Shown: positions 8,436-17,498, numbered from the stretch's first letter. The stretch: DNA of 41,543 nt from Jutongia sp. (GCA_050873905.1 JBNMJP010000001.1:1-41543); one strand, 5' to 3'. Notes: generated by a model not told the origin, from the sequence alone. Translations and numbers: made by a program.

Positions 8436-8850
8436 ATGAGCGGAAATCGTGCGCAGATATATGATATGATCAACACGAAGCCGAGCCCTTACCTGTTTTT
8501 ACAGAAATTCTGCGACAAGCAGGGAAAGAGATGCATTTGAAGATGCAAAGTTTCCGGAATTAAGCAAAGTGGTACAATATTTCAAAGAAACGGAAGGGGG
8601 TTTTGGAGAAATGTGCAAAACGGTAGAGGATTATGCGAAAAAATATGCCAAAGATTATGCGAAAGAGCGTGAAAAAATAGTACGGGAAGAAGGTCGTTCA
8701 GAAGGCTTGGCAGAAGGACGATCAGAGGAAAGAAAGAATGCGATACGAAAAATGCTCGAAAGCGGATTATCGCGGGAAATGATTCTTTCCATGGATTACT
8801 CCGAAACCGAGCTGGAAGCCGTCGAGCAGGAATTGTTTGCGCAGGTGTAA
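8436..8850 (+). pseudogene. Rpn / PD-(D/E)XK nuclease-family (putative transposase) remnant; C-terminal small ORF (ATG 8611-8850) intact
   Basis: A short ORF 8436-8540 is followed in another frame by KFPELSKVVQYFKETEGGFGEMCKTVEDYAK...EGRSEGLAEGRSEE..IRKMLESGLSREMI, the typical Rpn C-terminus. The nuclease core is absent. Confidence 0.7.
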
Positions 8851-8872
8851 GATGGATTAAGGAGGTAGCAAA

Positions 8873-9427
8873 ATGGCGAATGTACAGAATCAGGATTTTT
8901 CTCTGCTCTCGCAGTCAGAGATTGATACATTGATCGACTTTATCAATGACAAGAGGGAAGGCATTGACAGCTCTGTTCTCAATCAGGAGAGCATTGACAA
9001 GCTGTTAGAGATGCTCCGGTTTAATGATGGAAGAGCCAAGAAAGACGAAATCCTGCATATGGGTGAGGTAGAAGGAACTCTTGCAGATCTCATTACAGTA
9101 CGTCACGGAGACGATATCTGTGCTCTGGAGTATTCTGTGGATGAGATCAATGATTTTGTTCGTCTTGAGGTGGTTAATACTGTGACGAAGGAGCGTATGG
9201 CAATTACTCCGGAGATGTTCAACGAGGGTGACGGAGAGCTTTGGGGACATTGTGTTGCGCCGTTGGTGCTTCACCGTATGGCAAGGGCATTGAAGGTAAA
9301 ATACACCACAGAGACTTACGAGAATCTGTGTAAACGGTATGCAAAGTATATCTATGGGGATGAGACCAGAAAGCTTCCGTTCCTGTTTATGCCGGGCAAT
9401 CGGGAGAATATTGGCAACATCCTGTAA
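8873..9427 (+). CDS. Hypothetical protein with two FliM/FliY-like LSQxEID motifs
   Basis: AAGGAGGT RBS; LLSQSEIDTL and VLNQESIDKLL near the N-terminus. Confidence 0.75.
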   Translation: MANVQNQDFSLLSQSEIDTLIDFINDKREGIDSSVLNQESIDKLLEMLRFNDGRAKKDEILHMGEVEGTLADLITVRHGDDICALEYSVDEINDFVRLEVVNTVTKERMAITPEMFNEGDGELWGHCVAPLVLHRMARALKVKYTTETYENLCKRYAKYIYGDETRKLPFLFMPGNRENIGNIL

Positions 9428-9451
9428 GCGCAGAAATAGTAGGAATATGAC

Positions 9452-9490
9452 AGATCTGGATCACAGGTTTTGTGATCCGGATCTTTTTTT
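9452..9490 (+). terminator. Intrinsic terminator between convergent genes
   Basis: AGATCTGGATCACA/TGTGATCCGGATCT stem followed by a T run. Confidence 0.75.
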
Positions 9491-9525
9491 GAATTTCGCT
9501 TTCTGAGTCCGCTTTCACTGTCTTT

Positions 9526-9750
9526 TTACTCAGAATCCTCAGGTTTTGCTGGATGCGTCTTTTGGATCCGGGAGGAAAGCATTCCGCCGATCCGGCCATT
9601 TTCCCGGCTTGTCAGGGATTTCCAGCCGGAGGCAACGATCTTGTCAAAATATCCCAGCTCGTTTGCAATTTCCCATTTGGTCTGCTCTTCGACGGGCAGT
9701 TTGTGTACGTCTTCCATTGTCTTAATTTCCTGTTTTTCTTTTTTGGTCAT
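9526..9750 (-). CDS. Small acid-soluble spore protein, alpha/beta (SspF-like) family
   Basis: KWEIANELG...GWKSLTSRENGRIGG matches the SASP signature; AAAGGAG RBS on the minus strand. Confidence 0.85.
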   Translation of the reverse strand: MTKKEKQEIKTMEDVHKLPVEEQTKWEIANELGYFDKIVASGWKSLTSRENGRIGGMLSSRIQKTHPAKPEDSE

Positions 9751-9999
9751 TTTATGTGGCTCCTTTCTGGTTTTATGGCTTGTGATAGCATAGCCGTTAT
9801 TTTATAATGAAAATGATGCCTTGTGGCAGGGAGGCATCGGAAAATATTTAGGGGATATGTACCGGAAAGGATATGGATTCTGAAAAGAGTACCGATGATA
9901 TATATCATAATTAATATAGCATTATCATTATTTCCATATACAAATGAAAATATACATATTAAAAACAATATGAATATATAAAAAAATTCGAATAACCCA

Positions 10000-10028
10000 T
10001 TGCATTTTTGTTTGACAACGCATATACT
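10000..10028 (+). promoter_or_regulatory. Putative sigma-A promoter of the sulfate ABC operon
   Basis: TTGCAT-17 bp-TATACT, preceded by an AT-rich region with inverted repeats. Confidence 0.55.
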
Positions 10029-10045
10029 ATGCCTAAATCAATCGA

Positions 10046-11113
10046 TTGAAAGAAAAGGAAAGAGAGGAAATGAGAATGAAAAATAAATTAATCGCATTAT
10101 TATTGACCACAACGATTGTAGCAGGAACAATCCTCACAGGCTGCAGCGGAGAAAATAAAGAGAATAAAAATACGGGAAATGCAAAGGAAATTTCCATTAC
10201 AAACGTTTCCTATGATCCGACAAGAGAGTTTTATGCATCCTATAATGAATTGTTTCAGAAGCATTGGCAGAAGGAAAAAGGTCAGTCCGTTAAGGTCACG
10301 GCATCTCATGGCGGCTCCGGTTCCCAGGCACGTTCCGTGATCGAGGGAAACGAGGCGGATGTGGTGACATTGGCTCTGGCGCATGATATTACGGCGATTG
10401 AGGAAGCCGGGCTCATTGACAAGGGCTGGATCGATGAGTTTGACAAGGACAGTTCTCCATATACATCAACGATTGTATTTTTGGTCCGGAAAGGAAATGA
10501 AAAGGGGATTCATGACTGGGATGATCTGGTAAAGAAAGGGGTTGATGTGATTACACCAAATCCGAAAACCTCCGGAGGAGCATGCTGGAATTTCCTCGCT
10601 GCATGGGCATATCAGCAGAAGAGGGATGGTAACAATGAGGAGCAGACCAAAAAGTTTATGAAGAAACTTTACCAAAATGTGCTGGTGCTTGATTCGGGTG
10701 CAAGAGGAGCTACTTCTACATTTGTAGAAAAGGGACAGGGGGATGTACTGATCGCATGGGAAAATGAAGCGTATCTGTCCATGGAGGAATATCCGGATGA
10801 CTATGAGATCGTGACGCCAAGTGTCAGCATACTGGCACAGCCGTCTGTGGCAGTTGTGGATTCTGTGGCAAAGAAGCACGGAACGGAGGAGGTTTCTAAG
10901 GAATATCTGCAATATCTTTATTCTGATGAAGCACAGAGACTGGCAGGAGAGAATTACTATCGTCCTTCCAATGAAAAGATCCTGAAGGAGTTTGCAGACC
11001 AGTTTGATCTGGATATGAATCTGGTGACTATTGATGATTTTGGCGGATGGGATCAGGCATTTAAGGATTATTTTGACGATGGAGCTGTATTTGATCAGAT
11101 CTACAGCGAGTAA
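10046..11113 (+). CDS. sbp: Sulfate ABC transporter substrate-binding lipoprotein
   Basis: Lipobox LTGC; NVSYDPTRE, SHGGSGSQAR, PNPKTSGGA and DVLIAWENEA. The true start is probably an ATG near 10070-10076. Confidence 0.93.
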   Translation: MKEKEREEMRMKNKLIALLLTTTIVAGTILTGCSGENKENKNTGNAKEISITNVSYDPTREFYASYNELFQKHWQKEKGQSVKVTASHGGSGSQARSVIEGNEADVVTLALAHDITAIEEAGLIDKGWIDEFDKDSSPYTSTIVFLVRKGNEKGIHDWDDLVKKGVDVITPNPKTSGGACWNFLAAWAYQQKRDGNNEEQTKKFMKKLYQNVLVLDSGARGATSTFVEKGQGDVLIAWENEAYLSMEEYPDDYEIVTPSVSILAQPSVAVVDSVAKKHGTEEVSKEYLQYLYSDEAQRLAGENYYRPSNEKILKEFADQFDLDMNLVTIDDFGGWDQAFKDYFDDGAVFDQIYSE

Positions 11114-11178
11114 TCCAAAGAAAACAGATGTAAGCCTGTTTTTGGACAACATAAAATATAAAGAGATGGAAACCAATC

Positions 11179-11228
11179 AGGGGCAGCCGCTTCGAAATAT
11201 GCTGACCGGAGTCTGGCTGTCCCTTTTT
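11179..11228 (+). terminator. Intra-operon hairpin/partial terminator after sbp
   Basis: AGGGGCAGCC...GGCTGTCCCT stem with a large loop, followed by a T run. Confidence 0.45.
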
Positions 11229-11295
11229 ATGCTTTTTTAGGGAAATTGTGCCTGTGATTTCGGAGTTGCAGGTGCAGAAAGGAATGTGAATTATT

Positions 11296-13011
11296 ATGCA
11301 GCAGGGAATAGGAATTGTAAAGAGAAAAAATCCCCATGGGGTGCGTGTGATACCGGGATTTGGTCTGACACTTGGTGTAACAGTTGCTATGCTGTCCTGC
11401 CTGGTGTTGATCCCGTTAGCCTCTATTATATGGTCAGCAGGAAGGCTGAGTTTTTCAGAGTTCATACAGGTTGTGACATCCAGACAGATCTTGTCCGGTT
11501 ATCAGGTCAGCCTGACTTGTGCGTTTGTTGCAGCATTGATCAATGTTATTTTTGGCATCATTCTGGCATGGGTGCTGGTAAGATATGAATTTCCGGGAAA
11601 AAGAATATTGGATGGGATGATCGAGCTTCCCTTTGCGCTTCCCACGGCAGTTGCGGGCATTTCATTGACGACACTGTACTCGGATCAGGGTTGGATCGGC
11701 GCCTTCTTTGCAAAGGCAGGGATTAAGATCGCATATACCAAAGCAGGAATTACCATAGCAATGATATTTATAGGTATACCGTTTGTGGTGCGCTCTGTGC
11801 AGCCGGTGTTGGAAAAATTCGACCGGGGTTACGAGGAAGCAGCGATGATGCTTGGAGCGGGACGGGTAAGAACATTTTTTAAGGTAATTCTGCCGGAAAT
11901 TTATCCTGCTGCATTGGCAGGGTTTGGTCTGGCATTTGCCAGAGGTATTGGAGAGTATGGAAGTGTTGTTTTTATTGCGGGAAATATTCCATATAAAACA
12001 CAGATCGCACCGCTTCTGATCATGTCAAAGCTGGAGCAGTTTAAATATTCGGATGCGACGGCAATTGCGGTTGTTCTTCTGATCATTTCCTTTGTGCTGA
12101 TGCTTCTGATCAATTCGGTTCAGATCTATATGCAGCGTTTTCAGAATGGGGGAGAAAACGGAGCATCTCTGAAAAAGGTTGTAGAACCTTATGAAAAGGA
12201 CAGTCATCGCCCGGTAAAATGGATTTTGATCGCAGCGGCAGTTTTGTTTTTGATAGTGATGATGATATTTCCGTTAATTCTGGTGGCAGGCAGTGCGTTG
12301 AAGGATGGCTGGCAGGCATATGTGCAGGCGGTTATGGATGAATATACGATCAAGGCGTTGCGGCTGACGGTATTTGCAACGGTGTCTGCGGTTTTGGTCA
12401 ATACGGTATTTGGTATTTTTGCTGCAGTTTTAATCTCAAAATATTATTTTCGGGGGAGACAGGTTCTTGCAGCGTTGATCGATATTCCGTTTTCCATTTC
12501 TCCGGTAATTGCCGGTCTGGTATTCAGCCTGACCTTTGGTAATCTGGGATGGATGGGGGGATTTTTGCAGGAACATAATATAAAGATCGTATTTGCTGTG
12601 CCGGGTGTCATACTTGCTACGATATTTGTGACATTTCCCTTTGTATTCCGGGAACTTTTGCCGGTATTACAGGCACAGGGCAATCAGGAGGAAGAGGCGG
12701 CAGCGCTGATGGGTGCGGGAAAATGGAAAATATTTTCAAGGATCACATTTCCACATATGAGATGGGCACTGCTATACGGAATTGTGCTTTGTACGGCAAG
12801 GGCGATGGGAGAATTTGGAGCGGTTTCCGTTATTTCCGGTCATTTGAGAGGTGTTACCAATACACTGCCCCTGCATGTAGAGATTCTTTATAACGAATTT
12901 AATACCACGGCAGCATTTGCAGTATCTTCTCTGCTGGTGATCATGGCAGTGATCCTGTTGATCCTGCGGTCTGTGGTTGTAACAGCGGGAAAACGCAAAG
13001 AAAGCCTGTAA
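11296..13011 (+). CDS. cysTW: Sulfate ABC transporter permease, fused CysT(CysU)-CysW
   Basis: The first half has LPFALPTAVAG, VVRSVQPVL, EEAAMMLGA and GEYGSVVFIAGN (CysT). The second half has PFSISPVIAGL, EEAAALMGA and ARAMGEFGAVSVISG (CysW). Both lie in one frame. Confidence 0.9.
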   Translation: MQQGIGIVKRKNPHGVRVIPGFGLTLGVTVAMLSCLVLIPLASIIWSAGRLSFSEFIQVVTSRQILSGYQVSLTCAFVAALINVIFGIILAWVLVRYEFPGKRILDGMIELPFALPTAVAGISLTTLYSDQGWIGAFFAKAGIKIAYTKAGITIAMIFIGIPFVVRSVQPVLEKFDRGYEEAAMMLGAGRVRTFFKVILPEIYPAALAGFGLAFARGIGEYGSVVFIAGNIPYKTQIAPLLIMSKLEQFKYSDATAIAVVLLIISFVLMLLINSVQIYMQRFQNGGENGASLKKVVEPYEKDSHRPVKWILIAAAVLFLIVMMIFPLILVAGSALKDGWQAYVQAVMDEYTIKALRLTVFATVSAVLVNTVFGIFAAVLISKYYFRGRQVLAALIDIPFSISPVIAGLVFSLTFGNLGWMGGFLQEHNIKIVFAVPGVILATIFVTFPFVFRELLPVLQAQGNQEEEAAALMGAGKWKIFSRITFPHMRWALLYGIVLCTARAMGEFGAVSVISGHLRGVTNTLPLHVEILYNEFNTTAAFAVSSLLVIMAVILLILRSVVVTAGKRKESL

Positions 13012-13068
13012 AAAGCAGAAGGCGGAGCGATAAGTTTTGCAAATACTATCAGGGAAAGGAATGAGCTT

Positions 13069-13803
13069 ATGTATATAGAAATGAAAGATATTAATAAAAC
13101 GTTTGACGGGTTTCATGCATCACAGGATGTGTCTTTTGGTATTGAAAAAGGACATCTGGCAGCACTTTTAGGACCAAGCGGCAGCGGAAAAACAACGATC
13201 CTGCGGATGATCGCCGGACTGGATGTGCCGGATTCCGGAGATATCCTGATAGAAGGAAAAAGAGTTAATGACGTTCCGGGAAGCAAGCGGGGAATTGGAT
13301 TTGTATTCCAGAATTATGCGCTTTTTCGTTATATGACCGTGGCGGATAATATTGCCTTTGGTCTGGAAATTCAAAAAAGAAAGAAGTCAGAGATTAAGGA
13401 ACGAGTAGAGGAACTTTTAGAACTGATCTCCATGAAAGATCTGGGAAAACGTTATCCCCACCAGCTTTCCGGAGGACAGCGGCAGAGAATAGCGTTTGCC
13501 CGTGCTCTTGCCCCTAACCCGCATCTTCTTCTTTTGGATGAACCATTTGCGGCTATTGACGCCAAGGTACGCCGGGAACTGCGGAGCTGGCTCAAGGAAA
13601 TGATCCGTCAGGTTGGTGTGACCAGCATTTTCGTAACTCACGATCAGGAGGAAGCCATGGAGGTGGCAGACACCATTATTGTTACGAATCAGGGCAGAGT
13701 GGAGCAGATTGGTTCTCCGGAGGAAATCTGTCATCATCCGGCAACATCTTTTGTTCAAGATTTCATTGATGTGGCGCGTTATGAGGCACTAATGATAAAA
13801 TAG
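13069..13803 (+). CDS. cysA: Sulfate ABC transporter ATP-binding protein (short form)
   Basis: GPSGSGKT, VFQNYALF, LSGGQRQR, LLLLDEPF and VTHDQEEA. Confidence 0.9.
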   Translation: MYIEMKDINKTFDGFHASQDVSFGIEKGHLAALLGPSGSGKTTILRMIAGLDVPDSGDILIEGKRVNDVPGSKRGIGFVFQNYALFRYMTVADNIAFGLEIQKRKKSEIKERVEELLELISMKDLGKRYPHQLSGGQRQRIAFARALAPNPHLLLLDEPFAAIDAKVRRELRSWLKEMIRQVGVTSIFVTHDQEEAMEVADTIIVTNQGRVEQIGSPEEICHHPATSFVQDFIDVARYEALMIK

Positions 13804-13970
13804 TGACAGGATCGTCTCCATGGACTCTTCGCATTCATCGGTAATTTGTGTAACTTTGCAGTCTGAAATATTGGTTAGGACTTGAAGAAACAGCCAAAAT
13901 CCTGTACAGTATAGAGGATGAGATTTGAAATAAAGAAAATCGTGTGTTATGCACAGAAACGGAGAGTGTC

Positions 13971-15377
13971 ATGAGAGAATTATCACTTTATAATACATTA
14001 ACAAAAAAGGTTGAACCCTTTCATTCCATCGAAGAGGGTAAGGTGAAAATGTATACCTGTGGACCGACTGTATACCATTTTGCGCATATCGGTAATCTTC
14101 GCAGTTATATGATGGAGGATGTTTTGGAGAAGTATCTGGGATATGCCGGTTATGATGTGAAACGTTGTATGAATATTACAGATGTAGGACATCTTACCAG
14201 TGACGCAGATACCGGTGAAGATAAGATGCTGGCAGGAGCGAAGCGTGAGCATAAGACAGTGATGGAGATTGCTGAATTTTATCGCAAGGCATTTTTTGCA
14301 GACTGCGAGAAGCTGAATATCAAGATTCCGGAGATCGTGGAGCCTGCGACAAACTGTATCCCGGAGTTTATCCATATGATCGAGGTGCTTCTGGAGAAGG
14401 AGTATGCTTATGTGGCAGGCGGAAATGTATATTTCGATACCAGTAAGCTGAAGGAATATTACGTTCTTTCCGGTCAGAATGAGGAAAATCTGCAGGTGGG
14501 TGTTCGTGATGACGTGGAGGAGGATGAGAACAAGCGCAATAAAACAGATTTTGTTCTCTGGTTCACCAAGTCCAAGTTTGAGGATCAGGAATTGAAATGG
14601 GACAGTCCATGGGGTGTTGGATATCCGGGCTGGCATATTGAGTGCTCCTGCATCAGTATGAAGCATTTGGGGGAATATCTTGATATTCATTGTGGCGGCG
14701 TGGATAATATATTCCCACATCATACCAATGAGATTGCGCAGAGTGAGTCATATCTGGGACATAAGTGGTGCAATTACTGGTTCCATGTGCAGCATTTAAA
14801 TGATAAGTCCGGTAAGATGAGTAAATCTAAGGGAGAGTTTTTGACGGTTTCGCTGCTGGAGGAGAAAGGATATAATCCTTTGGTGTATCGTTTCTTTTGT
14901 CTGCAGTCTCATTATCGTAAACCATTGTTGTTTACGTATGATGTGCTGGACAATTCCAAGGTGGCATATGAGAAGCTTCTTAAGAGAATCGCAGTTCTGT
15001 CCAAAGAGGGAGAGCCGGATATGAGTGAAGTAAAGCCATATCAGGATGCTTTTGCCGAGGCCATGGGCAGTGATATCAATACATCTCAGGCATTGACGGT
15101 GTTGTATGATGTACTGAAGGCGGATATCAGTGACGCCTCCAAGAGATATCTGGTGGAGGATTTTGATCAGGTATTTTCTCTGGATCTTACTGCAGAGGCT
15201 GAAGAAAGCCAGGCGGATGATGAGCTGACTGCATTTGTAGAGGAAAAGATTGCAGAGCGTCAGGCAGCCAGAAAAGAAAAAGATTTTGCAAAGGCAGATG
15301 CCATTCGTCAGGAGCTGCTGGATCGTGGTGTGGAGATCAAGGATACCAGAGAGGGCACCGTATGGTCGTTAATATAA
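13971..15377 (+). CDS. cysS: Cysteine--tRNA ligase
   Basis: MYTCGPTVY, HIGN, PGWHIECS and KMSKS. The ATG at 13971 follows GGAGAG. Confidence 0.96.
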   Translation: MRELSLYNTLTKKVEPFHSIEEGKVKMYTCGPTVYHFAHIGNLRSYMMEDVLEKYLGYAGYDVKRCMNITDVGHLTSDADTGEDKMLAGAKREHKTVMEIAEFYRKAFFADCEKLNIKIPEIVEPATNCIPEFIHMIEVLLEKEYAYVAGGNVYFDTSKLKEYYVLSGQNEENLQVGVRDDVEEDENKRNKTDFVLWFTKSKFEDQELKWDSPWGVGYPGWHIECSCISMKHLGEYLDIHCGGVDNIFPHHTNEIAQSESYLGHKWCNYWFHVQHLNDKSGKMSKSKGEFLTVSLLEEKGYNPLVYRFFCLQSHYRKPLLFTYDVLDNSKVAYEKLLKRIAVLSKEGEPDMSEVKPYQDAFAEAMGSDINTSQALTVLYDVLKADISDASKRYLVEDFDQVFSLDLTAEAEESQADDELTAFVEEKIAERQAARKEKDFAKADAIRQELLDRGVEIKDTREGTVWSLI

Positions 15378-15419
15378 TGTAATGCAGGAATCAGAAGCGG
15401 ATAAAATACAGAAAATCAT

Positions 15420-15461
15420 AAAAATGCCTGTGGAATAGATAAAATTCCACAGGCATTTTTT
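15420..15461. terminator. Bidirectional intrinsic terminator
   Basis: Perfect stem AAAAATGCCTGTGGAAT/ATTCCACAGGCATTTTT between convergent genes. Confidence 0.85.
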
Positions 15462-15470
15462 AATGTTGCG

Positions 15471-17498
15471 TTATTTCTTTTTTTGTTTTTTTACGATAAC
15501 CTTTATGGATAATTTTGCACCATTCGGAATTTTTACAATGATCCGGGTGGTTCCTTTTTTCTTCGCCTTTATTTTCCCGTTTTTATTTATGGTTGCTATT
15601 TTTTTGTTTTTGGATTGAAAGATTAATGTTTTAAAACTGCCGGAAGGTGTAACACGGATTGGGATTTTTGTTGATTTCCCTTTTCGAAGTGTTACTTTTC
15701 TCTTTTTTACTACAATCACTACGTTTTTGACAGAACGGTTTCCGGTTGGTGATGCAGAAACAGCTGGTGTTGGCAATGATGTTTGTGTGGCTGATGTATT
15801 GGAAGGTGCCGGGGTGGCTGGAGATTGAGGAGTCGGAGAAGCCTCCGGGGTTGTTATGCCGGTAGCGGCCGGACTTTCTGATGCCGGTGAGGGAGAGGCA
15901 GAGGCGAGAGGCTCATTTTGCTGTTGCTGCTCATATTCGGTGTCCGAAATTGTGGATGCCAGTGCCTTAAGACAGACATTGTTCATGTTACGATGGCTGG
16001 CTCCAAGCTTGATGGAGGTGTTATCCATCCATTTTCCCTCAGAATATACATAGCTTTGCCCGCTCTTGCTGTTGTATTTGGAACCCAGGGGATCGCTGCT
16101 GCCTTCAATCGGGACGTAAACGGTATTGCCATTCTCTGCGTAAAAGGTTACTACAACAGAAAAGCGTTCTCCGGCGGCGATTGCTACGGAGTTTGCTAAA
16201 GAGATTGTATGGTAGCCGGAATGCTCTACTGTCCCATAAGTGGTACACTTGTCAATTCGTGTGCCGCTGTTTGGTGCAGAACCGGTCAGCTGTCGGTATA
16301 TTTCAATTTTGTAGGGCTGGTTATCCGATAACGTATAAAATCCGGCAGCGCCGATGCGGCGTGGGGAATCTGTACCGTTGGTAAAGATATTGGAAAAGCC
16401 AATGTTCTCTGTGTCCTGATAAAGATCGCCCCAGCCGACACCGTCATATTGAAAGTTTGTATCATATTTGTCTGTGGATTCTGCTTCCAGGGTACAGATT
16501 TCACACAGAGAAGAATCATAATAGGAAAGCCAGTAATATCCGTTTGTACTATAATTATAGTTTTCGCCGTAGCTGTTGGCGATCAGCCATGCACCAGAGG
16601 AAGGTGTGTTTTTGGAAAAGGTATTAAAATTGTCATCCCATCCGATGACCGTAACACAGTGATTGGCATCCTCAGAATCGTGACTGGATTCATAGGCGGA
16701 GGTGACGGTGGAACTATGATACATATTGGACGTATCATAATAAACGGAAACATCGACAGAACCATGTTCCATAATTGCTTCTTTAATGCCGGAAATATCC
16801 GATGGATCATAAAAGTCCATGTTCTTCAGATGAACCTCTGCATCTGTACGTAGTGTGTCCGGTTTTGAGGCCATTGACTGGATCATGGTTCGCAAAGCCT
16901 GATTGTTGTCTGCAGAAAAGGGAGCTTTCTCTTCAGATACGGCGCCCCGCCAGTCTGCCAGGATATAGCTTGCATAATAAGCATTGCCACCGAGGTTATA
17001 GTATCCACCGGAATCTGTTGTCCGGGAAGATAAAGTATCCCCATATAACGGGTCTGTTTTATCAGAAAGGGGAGCATATGTATACCAGACCAGATGGCTT
17101 TCGGAATAATCGGTGCCCGCCAGTGTAGACAGATTCTGTAGAATACTGTCGGATTCTAATGCTTTCAAGGCTGCAAAAGCCCAGCAGCTTCCGGTGATCC
17201 CCTGGTTTTTTATGGGAGTTATGACATCCCGGTCACGGGAGTCATAGGCGGAAGGAAGAGAGGACTGGCTGCGGATATTTTTGGTGTTTTTGGGGGAGGA
17301 TATGGTAACTTCCTCTCCGTTTTCATCCACATATTTTGAACGGATCAGACCATTATTGTTTGCAGTATCAATATGCTCTATAACAGACAGGGACGAGTCG
17401 GACGCAGAAACCTCCGGCAGTGTTGAAAAGATTCCGGTCACCGGTAAGACGGATGCCAGAAATATTGCAGTCAGTTGAACTCTTTTTTTTCGATTCAT
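15471..17498 (-). CDS. Secreted papain-like (C1A) cysteine peptidase with lectin-like domain, Pro/Ser/Thr linker and C-terminal Ig-like (Big_2) domain
   Basis: Signal peptide after MNRKK (ATG 17498, AAAGGAG RBS); NQGITGSCWAF, NHCVTVIGWDD and IANSYG catalytic motifs; C-terminal SKNKKIATINKNGKIKAKKKG. Confidence 0.88.
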   Translation of the reverse strand: MNRKKRVQLTAIFLASVLPVTGIFSTLPEVSASDSSLSVIEHIDTANNNGLIRSKYVDENGEEVTISSPKNTKNIRSQSSLPSAYDSRDRDVITPIKNQGITGSCWAFAALKALESDSILQNLSTLAGTDYSESHLVWYTYAPLSDKTDPLYGDTLSSRTTDSGGYYNLGGNAYYASYILADWRGAVSEEKAPFSADNNQALRTMIQSMASKPDTLRTDAEVHLKNMDFYDPSDISGIKEAIMEHGSVDVSVYYDTSNMYHSSTVTSAYESSHDSEDANHCVTVIGWDDNFNTFSKNTPSSGAWLIANSYGENYNYSTNGYYWLSYYDSSLCEICTLEAESTDKYDTNFQYDGVGWGDLYQDTENIGFSNIFTNGTDSPRRIGAAGFYTLSDNQPYKIEIYRQLTGSAPNSGTRIDKCTTYGTVEHSGYHTISLANSVAIAAGERFSVVVTFYAENGNTVYVPIEGSSDPLGSKYNSKSGQSYVYSEGKWMDNTSIKLGASHRNMNNVCLKALASTISDTEYEQQQQNEPLASASPSPASESPAATGITTPEASPTPQSPATPAPSNTSATQTSLPTPAVSASPTGNRSVKNVVIVVKKRKVTLRKGKSTKIPIRVTPSGSFKTLIFQSKNKKIATINKNGKIKAKKKGTTRIIVKIPNGAKLSIKVIVKKQKKK

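Noticed and set aside
13804-13970. T-box leader upstream of cysS (and of valS at 33185-33280)
   Set aside because: No AAnnnGGGTGGnACC T-box motif or terminator seen, and the intergenic spaces are short.
15740-15910. Repetitive Pro/Ser/Thr/Ala segments (also 32330-32510)
   Set aside because: Ordinary low-complexity linkers of surface proteins, not DNA repeat elements.
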